64,000 nucleotides of DNA, from assembly GCA_963675755.2 (NCBI GenBank), contig CAXXMD010000002.1, positions 1,344,001 through 1,408,000 on the forward strand, read 5' to 3'. A model generated the notes under the pieces. The model did not search any database, was not told the DNA's origin, and was given only the letters and a program-made list of their open reading frames with translations. Made by a program: the position numbers and the translations under genes. The first letter of the stretch is position 1, and the number at the start of each line of letters is the position of its first letter. The DNA is from a bacterium (GTDB lineage: Bacteria > Zhuqueibacterota > Zhuqueibacteria > Residuimicrobiales > Krinioviventaceae). Shown piece by piece: positions 10,274 through 17,533 of this stretch.

Positions 10274-11608
10274 TTATGAATTTAATAATTGTTCATTTTC
10301 GGCAACAGCGTATGTACAAACAATATCCCCAGTAACATTATTAGCTGTTTCAAACATATCAAGTATAGGATTTATCCCCAATGCAATAGCAACAATGACT
10401 GCTGTCTGATCAGCGCCCAAACCCATGGTTTGCAGAATAATAAATAATAACATCAGACTTCCACCGGGTACACCGCCCGCCCCAATTGACGCCAGAACAG
10501 TTGTTAAAACCAATACAAGTAAATCTGACAATGTATGAGGTATTCCAAACATATTTGCAGCCAGCATGGCAAACATGGGCAGATGCACACAAACACCATC
10601 CATATTTATCGTCGCCCCCAGGGGTAGTGAAAAACTGGCCAGCTCGTTTTTTATTTTCAAATCTTCTTCAGCAACCCTAATGGAAACCGGTAATGTGGCC
10701 GCACTGCTTCGTGTTATAAATGCGGTGATGATTGCTTCCTGAATACGGCGAAAAACAGGATAAGGATTTTTCCGGGTAACAATCAAAATCAACAGAGCAT
10801 ATACCACAAACATCATGCATAAAATACCTGCCACAATACCCAAAGTGACTTTAACATACGGTCCTACTATATTGGGACCATAAAGACTGAAATTTACAAC
10901 CGATAATGCAAACACACCAATAGGCGAGTATTCAAGAATCCAATCCACCAATTTAAACATCACATCCCGTACCGATGTAAACATATCCACGAGAGCATTT
11001 AAACGACGTTCAAGCTCTTCACTTGGATCAGCCTCCAATGAAACTCTGATACCCAACCCAAACATTATTGAAAATACAATAATGGATAAAAAATTACCCT
11101 CACTCAATGCCTGAAATGGATTTTGAAACATGCTCAACAAAATACCGGTAAAACCTTGAGATGTATTGGATCTCTGTTCAAGCTCTCCAGCTTGACTTGC
11201 CAGACTGGATGCCATTTTTTCCCAACCACCAAGGTCTGCGCCCCCACCGGGATTTATTGCTATGGCCAGCACAACCCCAACCAATGCGGCCAAAAGTGAA
11301 CACAGCAAATACCAGGAAATAACTTTAACTCCAATCCGTCCGAAACGTTTAATCGGCAAACTTGCAGCACCCACTACAAGAGAAAAGAAAATGACAGGTA
11401 TAACAATCATTTTCAGCATATTTACCAATATTGTCCCAAAGGGTGCAATATAAGTAATGACGCTATCCGTTATATTTGAACCACTCGCATTCGTAAAAAA
11501 CCAAAGCGCCGCCCCTGCCAACGCACCCAATACAAACCCAACAAATATTCTTAAAACCAACGATGTGTTCAAATATGCACGAATCAGAGTCTTCATATTG
11601 CTTCCCAA
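10274..11608 (-). CDS. Dicarboxylate/amino acid:cation symporter (DAACS family), SstT-like
   Basis: FITRSSAATLP, LPLGATINMDG, GAGGVPGG and DMFETANNVTGD motifs; multiple TM helices. Confidence 0.9.
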   Translation of the reverse strand: MGSNMKTLIRAYLNTSLVLRIFVGFVLGALAGAALWFFTNASGSNITDSVITYIAPFGTILVNMLKMIVIPVIFFSLVVGAASLPIKRFGRIGVKVISWYLLCSLLAALVGVVLAIAINPGGGADLGGWEKMASSLASQAGELEQRSNTSQGFTGILLSMFQNPFQALSEGNFLSIIVFSIMFGLGIRVSLEADPSEELERRLNALVDMFTSVRDVMFKLVDWILEYSPIGVFALSVVNFSLYGPNIVGPYVKVTLGIVAGILCMMFVVYALLILIVTRKNPYPVFRRIQEAIITAFITRSSAATLPVSIRVAEEDLKIKNELASFSLPLGATINMDGVCVHLPMFAMLAANMFGIPHTLSDLLVLVLTTVLASIGAGGVPGGSLMLLFIILQTMGLGADQTAVIVAIALGINPILDMFETANNVTGDIVCTYAVAENEQLLNS

Positions 11609-11610
11609 AG

Positions 11611-12255
11611 CTAGAGTGTTATGCCTGCAAACAGTTTAGTAAAGAAACCAACAAAAGGCCAGATTATTCTACCGAGTATAGATACGTTTGTACTGTGCCC
11701 CAGTATAATCAAACCTAAAAGAACCAGGGGGCCATATCTTTCAAGAGGAATCACCCAATGTTCATATTGCCTGGGCAGAATCCCAAATAATATTTTAGAT
11801 CCATCCAGCGGGGCAATGGGTAAAATATTAAAGATGGCCAATGCCAGATTGATTTGCAAAGAAAAAAACAACATCATGTACAATATTCTTATCCAGGGCA
11901 TCTGCGCAGCATCTAAACCCATAGAGACCAATACCCGCATCAAAATCCCGCTCAACAACGCGAGTACCATATTAGAGACAGGACCAGCAAGACTGATCCA
12001 CAGCATGTCCCGCTTGGGATTTTGCAGATTCATTCCATTTACCGGTACGGGTTTGGCCCAGCCAAAATGTACCAAAAAGATCATAACCGTTCCCACCAGA
12101 TCCAAATGTCTGAGGGGATTCAAAGACAATCGGCCCATTTGCTTGGCAGTGTCATCTCCCAATCGGAACGCTGCAAAAGCATGTGAGAACTCGTGCAAAG
12201 TTAATGCAAGTAAAATAGGGGGTGCAATTAATATCAGTGTATTTAAATCCATCAA
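11611..12255 (-). CDS. Site-2 protease family zinc metalloprotease (M50, YwhC-like)
   Basis: HEFSH, GWAKPVPVN, LAGPVSN and FNILPIAPLDG motifs; hydrophobic. Confidence 0.92.
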   Translation of the reverse strand: MMDLNTLILIAPPILLALTLHEFSHAFAAFRLGDDTAKQMGRLSLNPLRHLDLVGTVMIFLVHFGWAKPVPVNGMNLQNPKRDMLWISLAGPVSNMVLALLSGILMRVLVSMGLDAAQMPWIRILYMMLFFSLQINLALAIFNILPIAPLDGSKILFGILPRQYEHWVIPLERYGPLVLLGLIILGHSTNVSILGRIIWPFVGFFTKLFAGITL

Positions 12256-12404
12256 TAATCCTGTTTATTATCAAAAAATTTTATCATTTGTTAATATACA
12301 ATATATTTTTGTAACATGTAAAATATTTTAGCGTATACAATTTGTTAATGGTATTTCGGCGCATGAATTACACGAACGACCACGCTAACATGGAGGGTTT
12401 TTCC

Positions 12405-14639
12405 TTGAACGCTAAACGCTACCTTTCTATCACCTTTTTATCAATCACACTTGTTTCTCTTGAAATCATCTGGACGCGAATTTTCTCCGCGGAATTCTTT
12501 TATACTTTTGCGTTTCTGATTATTTCACTCACCATTCTGGGGATGGGGTTAGGTTCTCTTGCATTGAGATTGTTTCAAAAATTGAGTAATCCTGACAGGC
12601 TATGGGTATACCTATCATTGACAGGACTCTTTGCCATGACCTGCCCACCCGCTGCGGTCAAGCTGGGGATGCAATACTCTCAGCTGTTCAGCAATCCACT
12701 TATGATTTTGAAATTTGTAGCTACTGTAATTATTCTGGGCCTCCCCTTTTTCTTTGGGGGAATGGTTTTGGGTATATTTTTCAAATCCGGTCACAAAGAA
12801 ATGCCCAAGCTCTACATGGCTGACCTTATCGGTGCAGGTGCCGGTGTTGTCATCTCTGTATTGCTTATGAATACCGCAGGAACATTGAATGCGGTTTTTT
12901 TAGCAGCCTTACCCGCTCTGCTGGCAGCACTGTTAATGGGAAAAAGATTAAATCGATTGATTCCCATTGTGCTGATCGCTTTACCCTTTATTGCGCTGCC
13001 CTTTTCATCTCAATTATTAGAAAAACAACGCGAAGAACGGGCCCCCGTAATTTATACTCACTGGGATGCCATGGCTAAAATCAAGCTCTATGAATACAGT
13101 GAACTGTATCGCGGAATCAACATTGACAACGCGGCCAACAGTCCGGTTTACAAATTTGATGGAGATTGGAACAAGCCGGACTCGCTTAAATTTGAATTCG
13201 GGATCAGCATAGAAAACCTGATCAAACGTTTTGACAACTGTACCTTTATGTCACTCGGCGCCGGTGGCGGAGGAGATGTTGTTCAGGCACTGCAATATGG
13301 AGCAACAAAAGTACATGCGGTTGAAGTCAATCCGCATATCAACGATTTATTAAAAACCGGAATGCTGGCTGATTATTCGGGACAAATCTATAACGATCCC
13401 CGCGTCATTGTTGCAACCGAAGATGCCCGTACCTATGTTCGCCGGCACAAGAATACGTTTGATGTAATCTTTTCACTCAGTTCAAACACGTTTGCCGCAT
13501 TGGCATCAGGATCTTTTGCGCTGGCTGAAAACTATCTTTTTACCGTAGAAGCCTTTGAGGATTATTACACAGCTCTGTCTGACAGCGGATTTATGATGAT
13601 GGAACACCAATTTTACATGCCCCGCATGACGAGTGAAGTGATATTGGCGTTACAAAACCTGGGAATTGAGAATCCCAAAGACTATTTCTGTATTTATGAC
13701 CTTCCGCAAATGCGACGTAACGTATTACTATTGAGCAAAAAGCCGCTTACGGAAGATATACGTCAAAACGCCTTGGGTACCTTAACTGCTGAAAATTATC
13801 CCAATATCCACCTGCTCTATCCGTCACCAGATTCTACGGCAGACAATCTGGTAAACCGGGTTGTACAGGAAGGCTGGAAATCCGTACAACCGGATGCAAA
13901 CATAAATCTTTCTCCCTGTACTGACAATAGACCCTTTACCGCCCAGCTGGGTATGTGGAAAAATCTGGACCGCGAAAATCTCGATACGGTTCAACCCTGG
14001 GAGTTTAAAGGCTTCCCCTTGTCGAAAATGCTGATTGTGATCATTCTTGCGGTGATAACCATTCTTGTTATCCCCTTGAATCTGTTGCCCTTTATAAAAC
14101 GTGGCAGTAAAATGGGATTCTCAGGCTGGCTCTACTTTTTTGCCATCGGTGTTGCTTTTATGGTAGTAGAGATTGTACTGATACAGCGTTATACTCTGCT
14201 CATTGGTCCATCATCATATACCTTTGTGACCATTCTGTTCACCATCCTGATTGGCTCTGGTATTGGCAGCCGATATTCGACTAAATTCAACTCTAAAACT
14301 CCATTTATCGCCATTCTTCTGTTAATCGCATTTGAGATATTAATAGCACCGTTCATTACCGGCAATCTCGTAGGATTGGGCATGACTGCCAGAATGCTGT
14401 TCACGGCAATTCTGATACTCCCCCTCTCTTTTTTTATGGGCATGCCCTTTCCCAAAGGCGGTATCAAAGCCGGTGAATCCATTGATTGGGGATTCGCGGT
14501 CAATGGTGCGGCATCGGTATTGGGATCAACCGCCATTATGCTGGTCTCCTTTAGTTACGGGTTTATTTCGTCCATGTGCATTGGAGCAGCATTCTATTTA
14601 CTGGCCATGGGAATGTTGAATGTAAAAAAAGGATGGTAA
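12405..14639 (+). CDS. Membrane protein with a central spermidine-synthase-like class I SAM-binding domain
   Basis: N- and C-terminal TM bundles flank LGAGGGGDV, AVEVNP, EDARTY and ENYLFTVEAF. Likely TTG start at 12405 after GGAGG (the ORF track starts at 12342). Confidence 0.8.
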   Translation: MNAKRYLSITFLSITLVSLEIIWTRIFSAEFFYTFAFLIISLTILGMGLGSLALRLFQKLSNPDRLWVYLSLTGLFAMTCPPAAVKLGMQYSQLFSNPLMILKFVATVIILGLPFFFGGMVLGIFFKSGHKEMPKLYMADLIGAGAGVVISVLLMNTAGTLNAVFLAALPALLAALLMGKRLNRLIPIVLIALPFIALPFSSQLLEKQREERAPVIYTHWDAMAKIKLYEYSELYRGINIDNAANSPVYKFDGDWNKPDSLKFEFGISIENLIKRFDNCTFMSLGAGGGGDVVQALQYGATKVHAVEVNPHINDLLKTGMLADYSGQIYNDPRVIVATEDARTYVRRHKNTFDVIFSLSSNTFAALASGSFALAENYLFTVEAFEDYYTALSDSGFMMMEHQFYMPRMTSEVILALQNLGIENPKDYFCIYDLPQMRRNVLLLSKKPLTEDIRQNALGTLTAENYPNIHLLYPSPDSTADNLVNRVVQEGWKSVQPDANINLSPCTDNRPFTAQLGMWKNLDRENLDTVQPWEFKGFPLSKMLIVIILAVITILVIPLNLLPFIKRGSKMGFSGWLYFFAIGVAFMVVEIVLIQRYTLLIGPSSYTFVTILFTILIGSGIGSRYSTKFNSKTPFIAILLLIAFEILIAPFITGNLVGLGMTARMLFTAILILPLSFFMGMPFPKGGIKAGESIDWGFAVNGAASVLGSTAIMLVSFSYGFISSMCIGAAFYLLAMGMLNVKKGW

Positions 14640-14642
14640 TAC

Positions 14643-14677
14643 CGTAAGATGTGAAATGGCAAATGTGAGACGTGATT
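14643..14677 (+). repeat. Five tandem degenerate heptamers, left copy
   Basis: CGTAAGA TGTGAAA TGGCAAA TGTGAGA CGTGATT, starting 4 nt after the stop at 14639. An inverted counterpart lies at 17494-17528. Confidence 0.75.
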
Positions 14678-14681
14678 TTAT

Positions 14682-14716
14682 AAACGCAGGGCAACTATTT
14701 GTTCTGCGTTTTTTTT
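14682..14716 (+). terminator. Rho-independent terminator of the spermidine-synthase-like gene
   Basis: AAACGCAGGGCAA-CTAT-TTGTTCTGCGTTT followed by a T run. Confidence 0.8.
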
Positions 14717-14797
14717 GATTGCGTTGCAGATTTCCGCATCGCTGAATAATCCTTCGGGACATTTGTCCCGTTAATCCTCACCTATTCAAATTAAACC
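14717..14797 (+). repeat. Four-hairpin repeat, diverged 5' part (copy C)
   Basis: GATTGCGTTGCAGATTTCCGCATCGCTGAATAATCCTTCGGGACATTTGTCCCGTTAATCC... aligns with the first ~80 nt of copies A and B at 17113 and 17306. Confidence 0.75.
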
Positions 14798-14898
14798 TGG
14801 TGAGATAATCCCCCAGAGCATACGAAACTGAGTAAAGAGGTATAATCAGAGTTGTGACTGAGACAGCCTCTCCCATGATCAGTTTTACAAGATCAATT

Positions 14899-14940
14899 CA
14901 ATCCTATCATCCTTTAATCCTACAAATCATAATTCAGACA
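14899..14940 (+). repeat. Short degenerate tract with ~9-nt period, (A)ATCCT-based, ending in TCAGACA
   Basis: CAATCCTATCATCCTTTAATCCTACAAATCATAATTCAGACA. Confidence 0.45.
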
Positions 14941-15029
14941 AAAAATACGCCGGCTACTGCTTGGTTAGCAGTGAGACGGCGCTTAAAGTTGTAATCCAGT
15001 GTTACAGGCTTGAGTAACGTACAATTCAT
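14934..15029 (-). CDS. Putative 31-aa small protein (MNCTLLKPVTLDYNFKRRLTANQAVAGVFFV)
   Basis: AAAGGAG RBS 5 nt before ATG 15029; TGA at 14934-14936. Below the ORF-track cut-off; no family recognised. Confidence 0.35.
   Translation of the reverse strand: MNCTLLKPVTLDYNFKRRLTANQAVAGVFFV
14940..14982 (-). terminator. Terminator-like hairpin within the small ORF
   Basis: Minus strand CGCCG-TCTC-ACTGCT-AACCA-AGCAGT-AGC-CGGCG-TATTTTTT. Confidence 0.5.
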
Positions 15030-15146
15030 TATAGCTCCTTTTTTTGTTGTGTTAATTATGGCTAGATAATTATAAAACAATCAGGGGAGCTATATCTTTC
15101 ATTTCAAAAACTCTTACTTTTTAACATAAAGTCTACAAACTACCAG

Positions 15147-15575
15147 TTAAATAATTGTATTTTTAGAGTTATTGAGTGATCGATCCATTTTCACCCAACG
15201 TAATCTGAACACTAAATCTCGACCAGGAAGGTAAATATTACTAAATTGAACAGGTATAAGTAAAATTATTGCAATCACTATTAAATGATGAAAATGAAAT
15301 GCAGAAATTAGTAATAAAGACGTAGCAAAATGATTGATAATAAACTTGATAATTGTAAAAATTTTTCTTGAATCTTTTTCAATTCTAACTTTACTGAATA
15401 ATGTACCAATAGAATTACTATTACGAGTGAAAAATACTATAAGCAATATATCAATAAAATATATAATGCCGAAGCCTATACCAAAATCAAATTTAAGTTG
15501 ATAATAAAATATCAATGTTTGTATAAAAGCAATCATAAGATCTATTATGGTTGCCATAACTCTTTTGAATAACAT
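15147..15575 (-). CDS. Small AT-rich membrane protein with an RDD-like N-terminus
   Basis: KRVMATIID resembles the RDD start motif R-x-x-A-x-x-I-D. About 4 hydrophobic segments; GAGGA RBS; visibly more AT-rich than neighbouring genes. Confidence 0.6.
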   Translation of the reverse strand: MLFKRVMATIIDLMIAFIQTLIFYYQLKFDFGIGFGIIYFIDILLIVFFTRNSNSIGTLFSKVRIEKDSRKIFTIIKFIINHFATSLLLISAFHFHHLIVIAIILLIPVQFSNIYLPGRDLVFRLRWVKMDRSLNNSKNTII

Positions 15576-15599
15576 ACTAAATCCTCTATTTCTTAGTTC

Positions 15600-15626
15600 G
15601 TAACCTGAGCGTGTCGCCCAGGATTT
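15600..15626 (+). repeat. REP element (GTAG family, GTAA variant) downstream of the RAYT gene
   Basis: GTAA-CCTGAGC-GTGTC-GCCCAGG-ATTT; inverted partner at 16381-16406. Confidence 0.8.
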
Positions 15627-15644
15627 ATACGATTATTCATACAT

Positions 15645-16193
15645 TTATTCCCTATAACTTCCATCAACCGGTTCCGAAAGGGTATCCCCCCAATCCGGAT
15701 CATACCAACCGGTTCTTACATATTTATGAAATGTCGACCAGGGCCACCTCGCTGGATGGTTAACAAATCCATGTTTCACCGGATTATAATGAATATAATC
15801 AAAATGTTTGCTCAAATCATTATCATCTTGTATCACATGCTCCCAATACCGACGCTGCCAGACTGCCGCTTCACGATGTTTTTTACGGACTATATTTCGG
15901 TGACCTTCCCGCCCGTCGTTTTGTAACCACGAACGTGTAAACAAACTTTTTATCATTTTCCAGCGTATGGAGAATTCCGAATCACCATTTGGTAACGTCC
16001 AGATACAATGAATATGGTCCGGTAACAAACACACCGCATCTGTTTTGAACGGATACGCGTATGTTGTTTGTTTCCATGCAGCATGTAAACACTGTCTGGC
16101 TATCGGTTCTGTCAAAAATGGCATCCGGTCAAAGGTTACTACTGTAAAAAAGAATGTTCCACCCGGGACTATTGATCTTCGATAACGAACCAT
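15645..16193 (-). mobile_element. rayT: REP-associated tyrosine transposase (RAYT / TnpA-REP, HUH Y1 family)
   Basis: YRR..PGGTFFFTV, HUH motif LPDHIHCIW, WQRRYWEH, catalytic Tyr in DYIHYNPVKHG, WPWSTF; flanked by inverted REPs. Confidence 0.95.
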
Positions 16194-16380
16194 GAAATCC
16201 CCTCATGAATAATTTAATAAATTAGCAAAAATTATTTACAAATCAATTACTTTTTGAAATGAAACGTTATATACCCCCAGAGTTGATTCGCTTTAAAAGC
16301 CAGAAAGAAAAAAGGCCGTACCACAAATTTTAGCACTGATTTGATGATTTCAATATAAAGATATTGAAACCGAATGAAAG

Positions 16381-16406
16381 AATCCTGGGCCACAGGCCCA
16401 GGCTAC
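16381..16406 (-). repeat. REP element (GTAG family) upstream of the RAYT gene
   Basis: Minus strand GTAG-CCTGGGC-CTGTG-GCCCAGG-ATT, with a perfect 7-bp stem. Confidence 0.85.
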
Positions 16407-16457
16407 AAATGTCCTAAAAATATCCCACCTGGTATAAAGATTCCATGCGGTCATGTT
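16405..16457 (+). repeat. Four-hairpin repeat, diverged 3' part (copy D)
   Basis: ACAAATGTCCTAAAAATATCCCACCTGGTATAAAGATTCCATGCGGTCATGTT aligns without gaps to a composite of the 3' parts of copies A and B (ACAAATGTCCTGAAAATATCCCACCCGGCATATATATGCCGGGCGATCATGTT). Confidence 0.75.
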
Positions 16458-16516
16458 TCTGTAACTCAAAATTGAATAACACTTGAAAATGATCATTAAT
16501 TTTCGTATACATTAAT

Positions 16517-16705
16517 ATGAAAATGGATCGCAAAAAAATTGTTATCAAGAATTCAAAAGAAACCCGTGACGAACGGATCAATCTTTTACCTGAAGAGTGT
16601 GTTTTGTTGGTGTGGGAGTTGACAAAAGAAGTGTACGGACTGACAGGAAAACATGATGTTGAACAAAGATTACAAAGAAATGTTGTCAATATTATTAGAA
16701 AATAA
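16517..16705 (+). CDS. Small hypothetical protein, possible partner or antitoxin of the downstream nucleotidyltransferase
   Basis: 62-aa ORF overlapping the next gene by ~50 nt; C-terminus WELTKEVY..DVEQRLQRNVVNIIRK. Confidence 0.6.
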   Translation: MKMDRKKIVIKNSKETRDERINLLPEECVLLVWELTKEVYGLTGKHDVEQRLQRNVVNIIRK

Positions 16706-17105
16706 AGTTGAATTTCTGTTGGTGGGTGCCTATGCGATGGCTTTCTATGGATACGTTCGTGCCACTGCCGATATGGATATTTTTATTAATCCGGACAATA
16801 CAAACGCAGCCAAGCTATATCAGGCATTGATAGAATTTGGTGCGCCAATGGAAAATCTGGATATAGAAACCTTTACACAAAAAGGGATTATATTTCAAAT
16901 AGGCGTTGCTCCCAGGCGTATCGACATTATCAATGATATCGATGGAGTGACGTTTAAAGAAGCCTTTAGAGATAAAGATATGATGCACACAGATGGATTG
17001 GAAATACCTGTCATTTCCAAAGAAAAGCTAATACAAAACAAGAAATCTTCAGGAAGAAAAAAAGACGAACTTGATGTTGAAAATTTGGAAAACCAATCAA
17101 CCTAA
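16653..17105 (+). CDS. Pol-beta-superfamily nucleotidyltransferase (DUF6036/AbiEii-like)
   Basis: LLVGAYAM..RATADMDI (G-x plus DxD motif), RIDI, LIQNKKSSGRKKDELD. Confidence 0.8.
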   Translation: MMLNKDYKEMLSILLENKVEFLLVGAYAMAFYGYVRATADMDIFINPDNTNAAKLYQALIEFGAPMENLDIETFTQKGIIFQIGVAPRRIDIINDIDGVTFKEAFRDKDMMHTDGLEIPVISKEKLIQNKKSSGRKKDELDVENLENQST

Positions 17106-17112
17106 TCTCATA

Positions 17113-17265
17113 GATCGTGATGCAGATATCTGCATCACGCATATTAAATAGAGACATTAGTCCCGTAAAGACTAGCCTGTCAAAGTTTACCACATAAGAA
17201 GAAAAATACAGAACAACTATCCTGTAAAATATCCCACCCGGCATATATATGCCGGGCGATCATGT
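17113..17265 (+). repeat. Four-hairpin repeat, full copy A
   Basis: Contains the perfect palindromes CGTGATGCAGATATCTGCATCACG (17116-17139) and CCCGGCATATATATGCCGGG (17237-17256), plus two decayed hairpins. Confidence 0.88.
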
Positions 17266-17305
17266 TGATTTATTATTGGTAGTTGCAAAAGTCATGACAG
17301 TTACT

Positions 17306-17441
17306 GATCGTGATGCAGATGTCTGCATCACGGAATATTCATTCGGGACATTCGTCCCGTAAAGCCTGGCCTGTGCAAATTTTACCACATAAGAAGAAAA
17401 ATACAGGACAAATGTCCTGAAAATATACCGGGCGATCATGT
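17306..17441 (+). repeat. Four-hairpin repeat, copy B (direct repeat of A, hairpin 4 partly deleted)
   Basis: CGTGATGCAGATGTCTGCATCACG, CGGGACATTCGTCCCG and CAGGACAAATGTCCTG; shares TTTACCACATAAGAAGAAAAATACAG and CCGGGCGATCATGT with copy A. Confidence 0.88.
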
Positions 17442-17493
17442 CAGAAATTTTAAATATTGATTACATTGTCCCCAATAACAATTTCCCCTGTCA

Positions 17494-17528
17494 TTTCACG
17501 TTTCACATTTGCCGTTTAACGTCTGCCG
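17494..17528 (-). repeat. Five tandem degenerate heptamers, right (inverted) copy
   Basis: Minus strand CGGCAGA CGTTAAA CGGCAAA TGTGAAA CGTGAAA, 27/35 identical to the left tract, starting just after the thrC stop. Confidence 0.75.
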
Positions 17529-17533
17529 ACTCA

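Noticed and set aside
11621-12331. 236-aa plus-strand ORF, and similar long antisense ORFs at 17756-18553, 25486-26019 and 53658-54194
   Set aside because: Each lies antisense to a well-supported gene and has no recognisable motifs.
15645-16193. IS200/IS605 TnpA insertion sequence
   Set aside because: The motifs (GGTFFFTV, WQRRYWEH, NPVKHG) and the flanking GTAG REPs are typical of RAYT, and there is no tnpB.
16414-17244. Minus-strand ORFs 16414-16689 and 17011-17244
   Set aside because: They are antisense to the nucleotidyltransferase pair and run into repeat DNA.
17113-17441. CRISPR array
   Set aside because: The units are ~135-150 bp with only two full copies, there is no 25-45-bp repeat/spacer periodicity, and no cas genes are present.
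14717-17441. Integron attC cassette array
   Set aside because: No RYYYAAC/GTTRRRY core pairs bound the repeats, each unit is four short hairpins rather than one long one, and no tyrosine integrase lies in the window.
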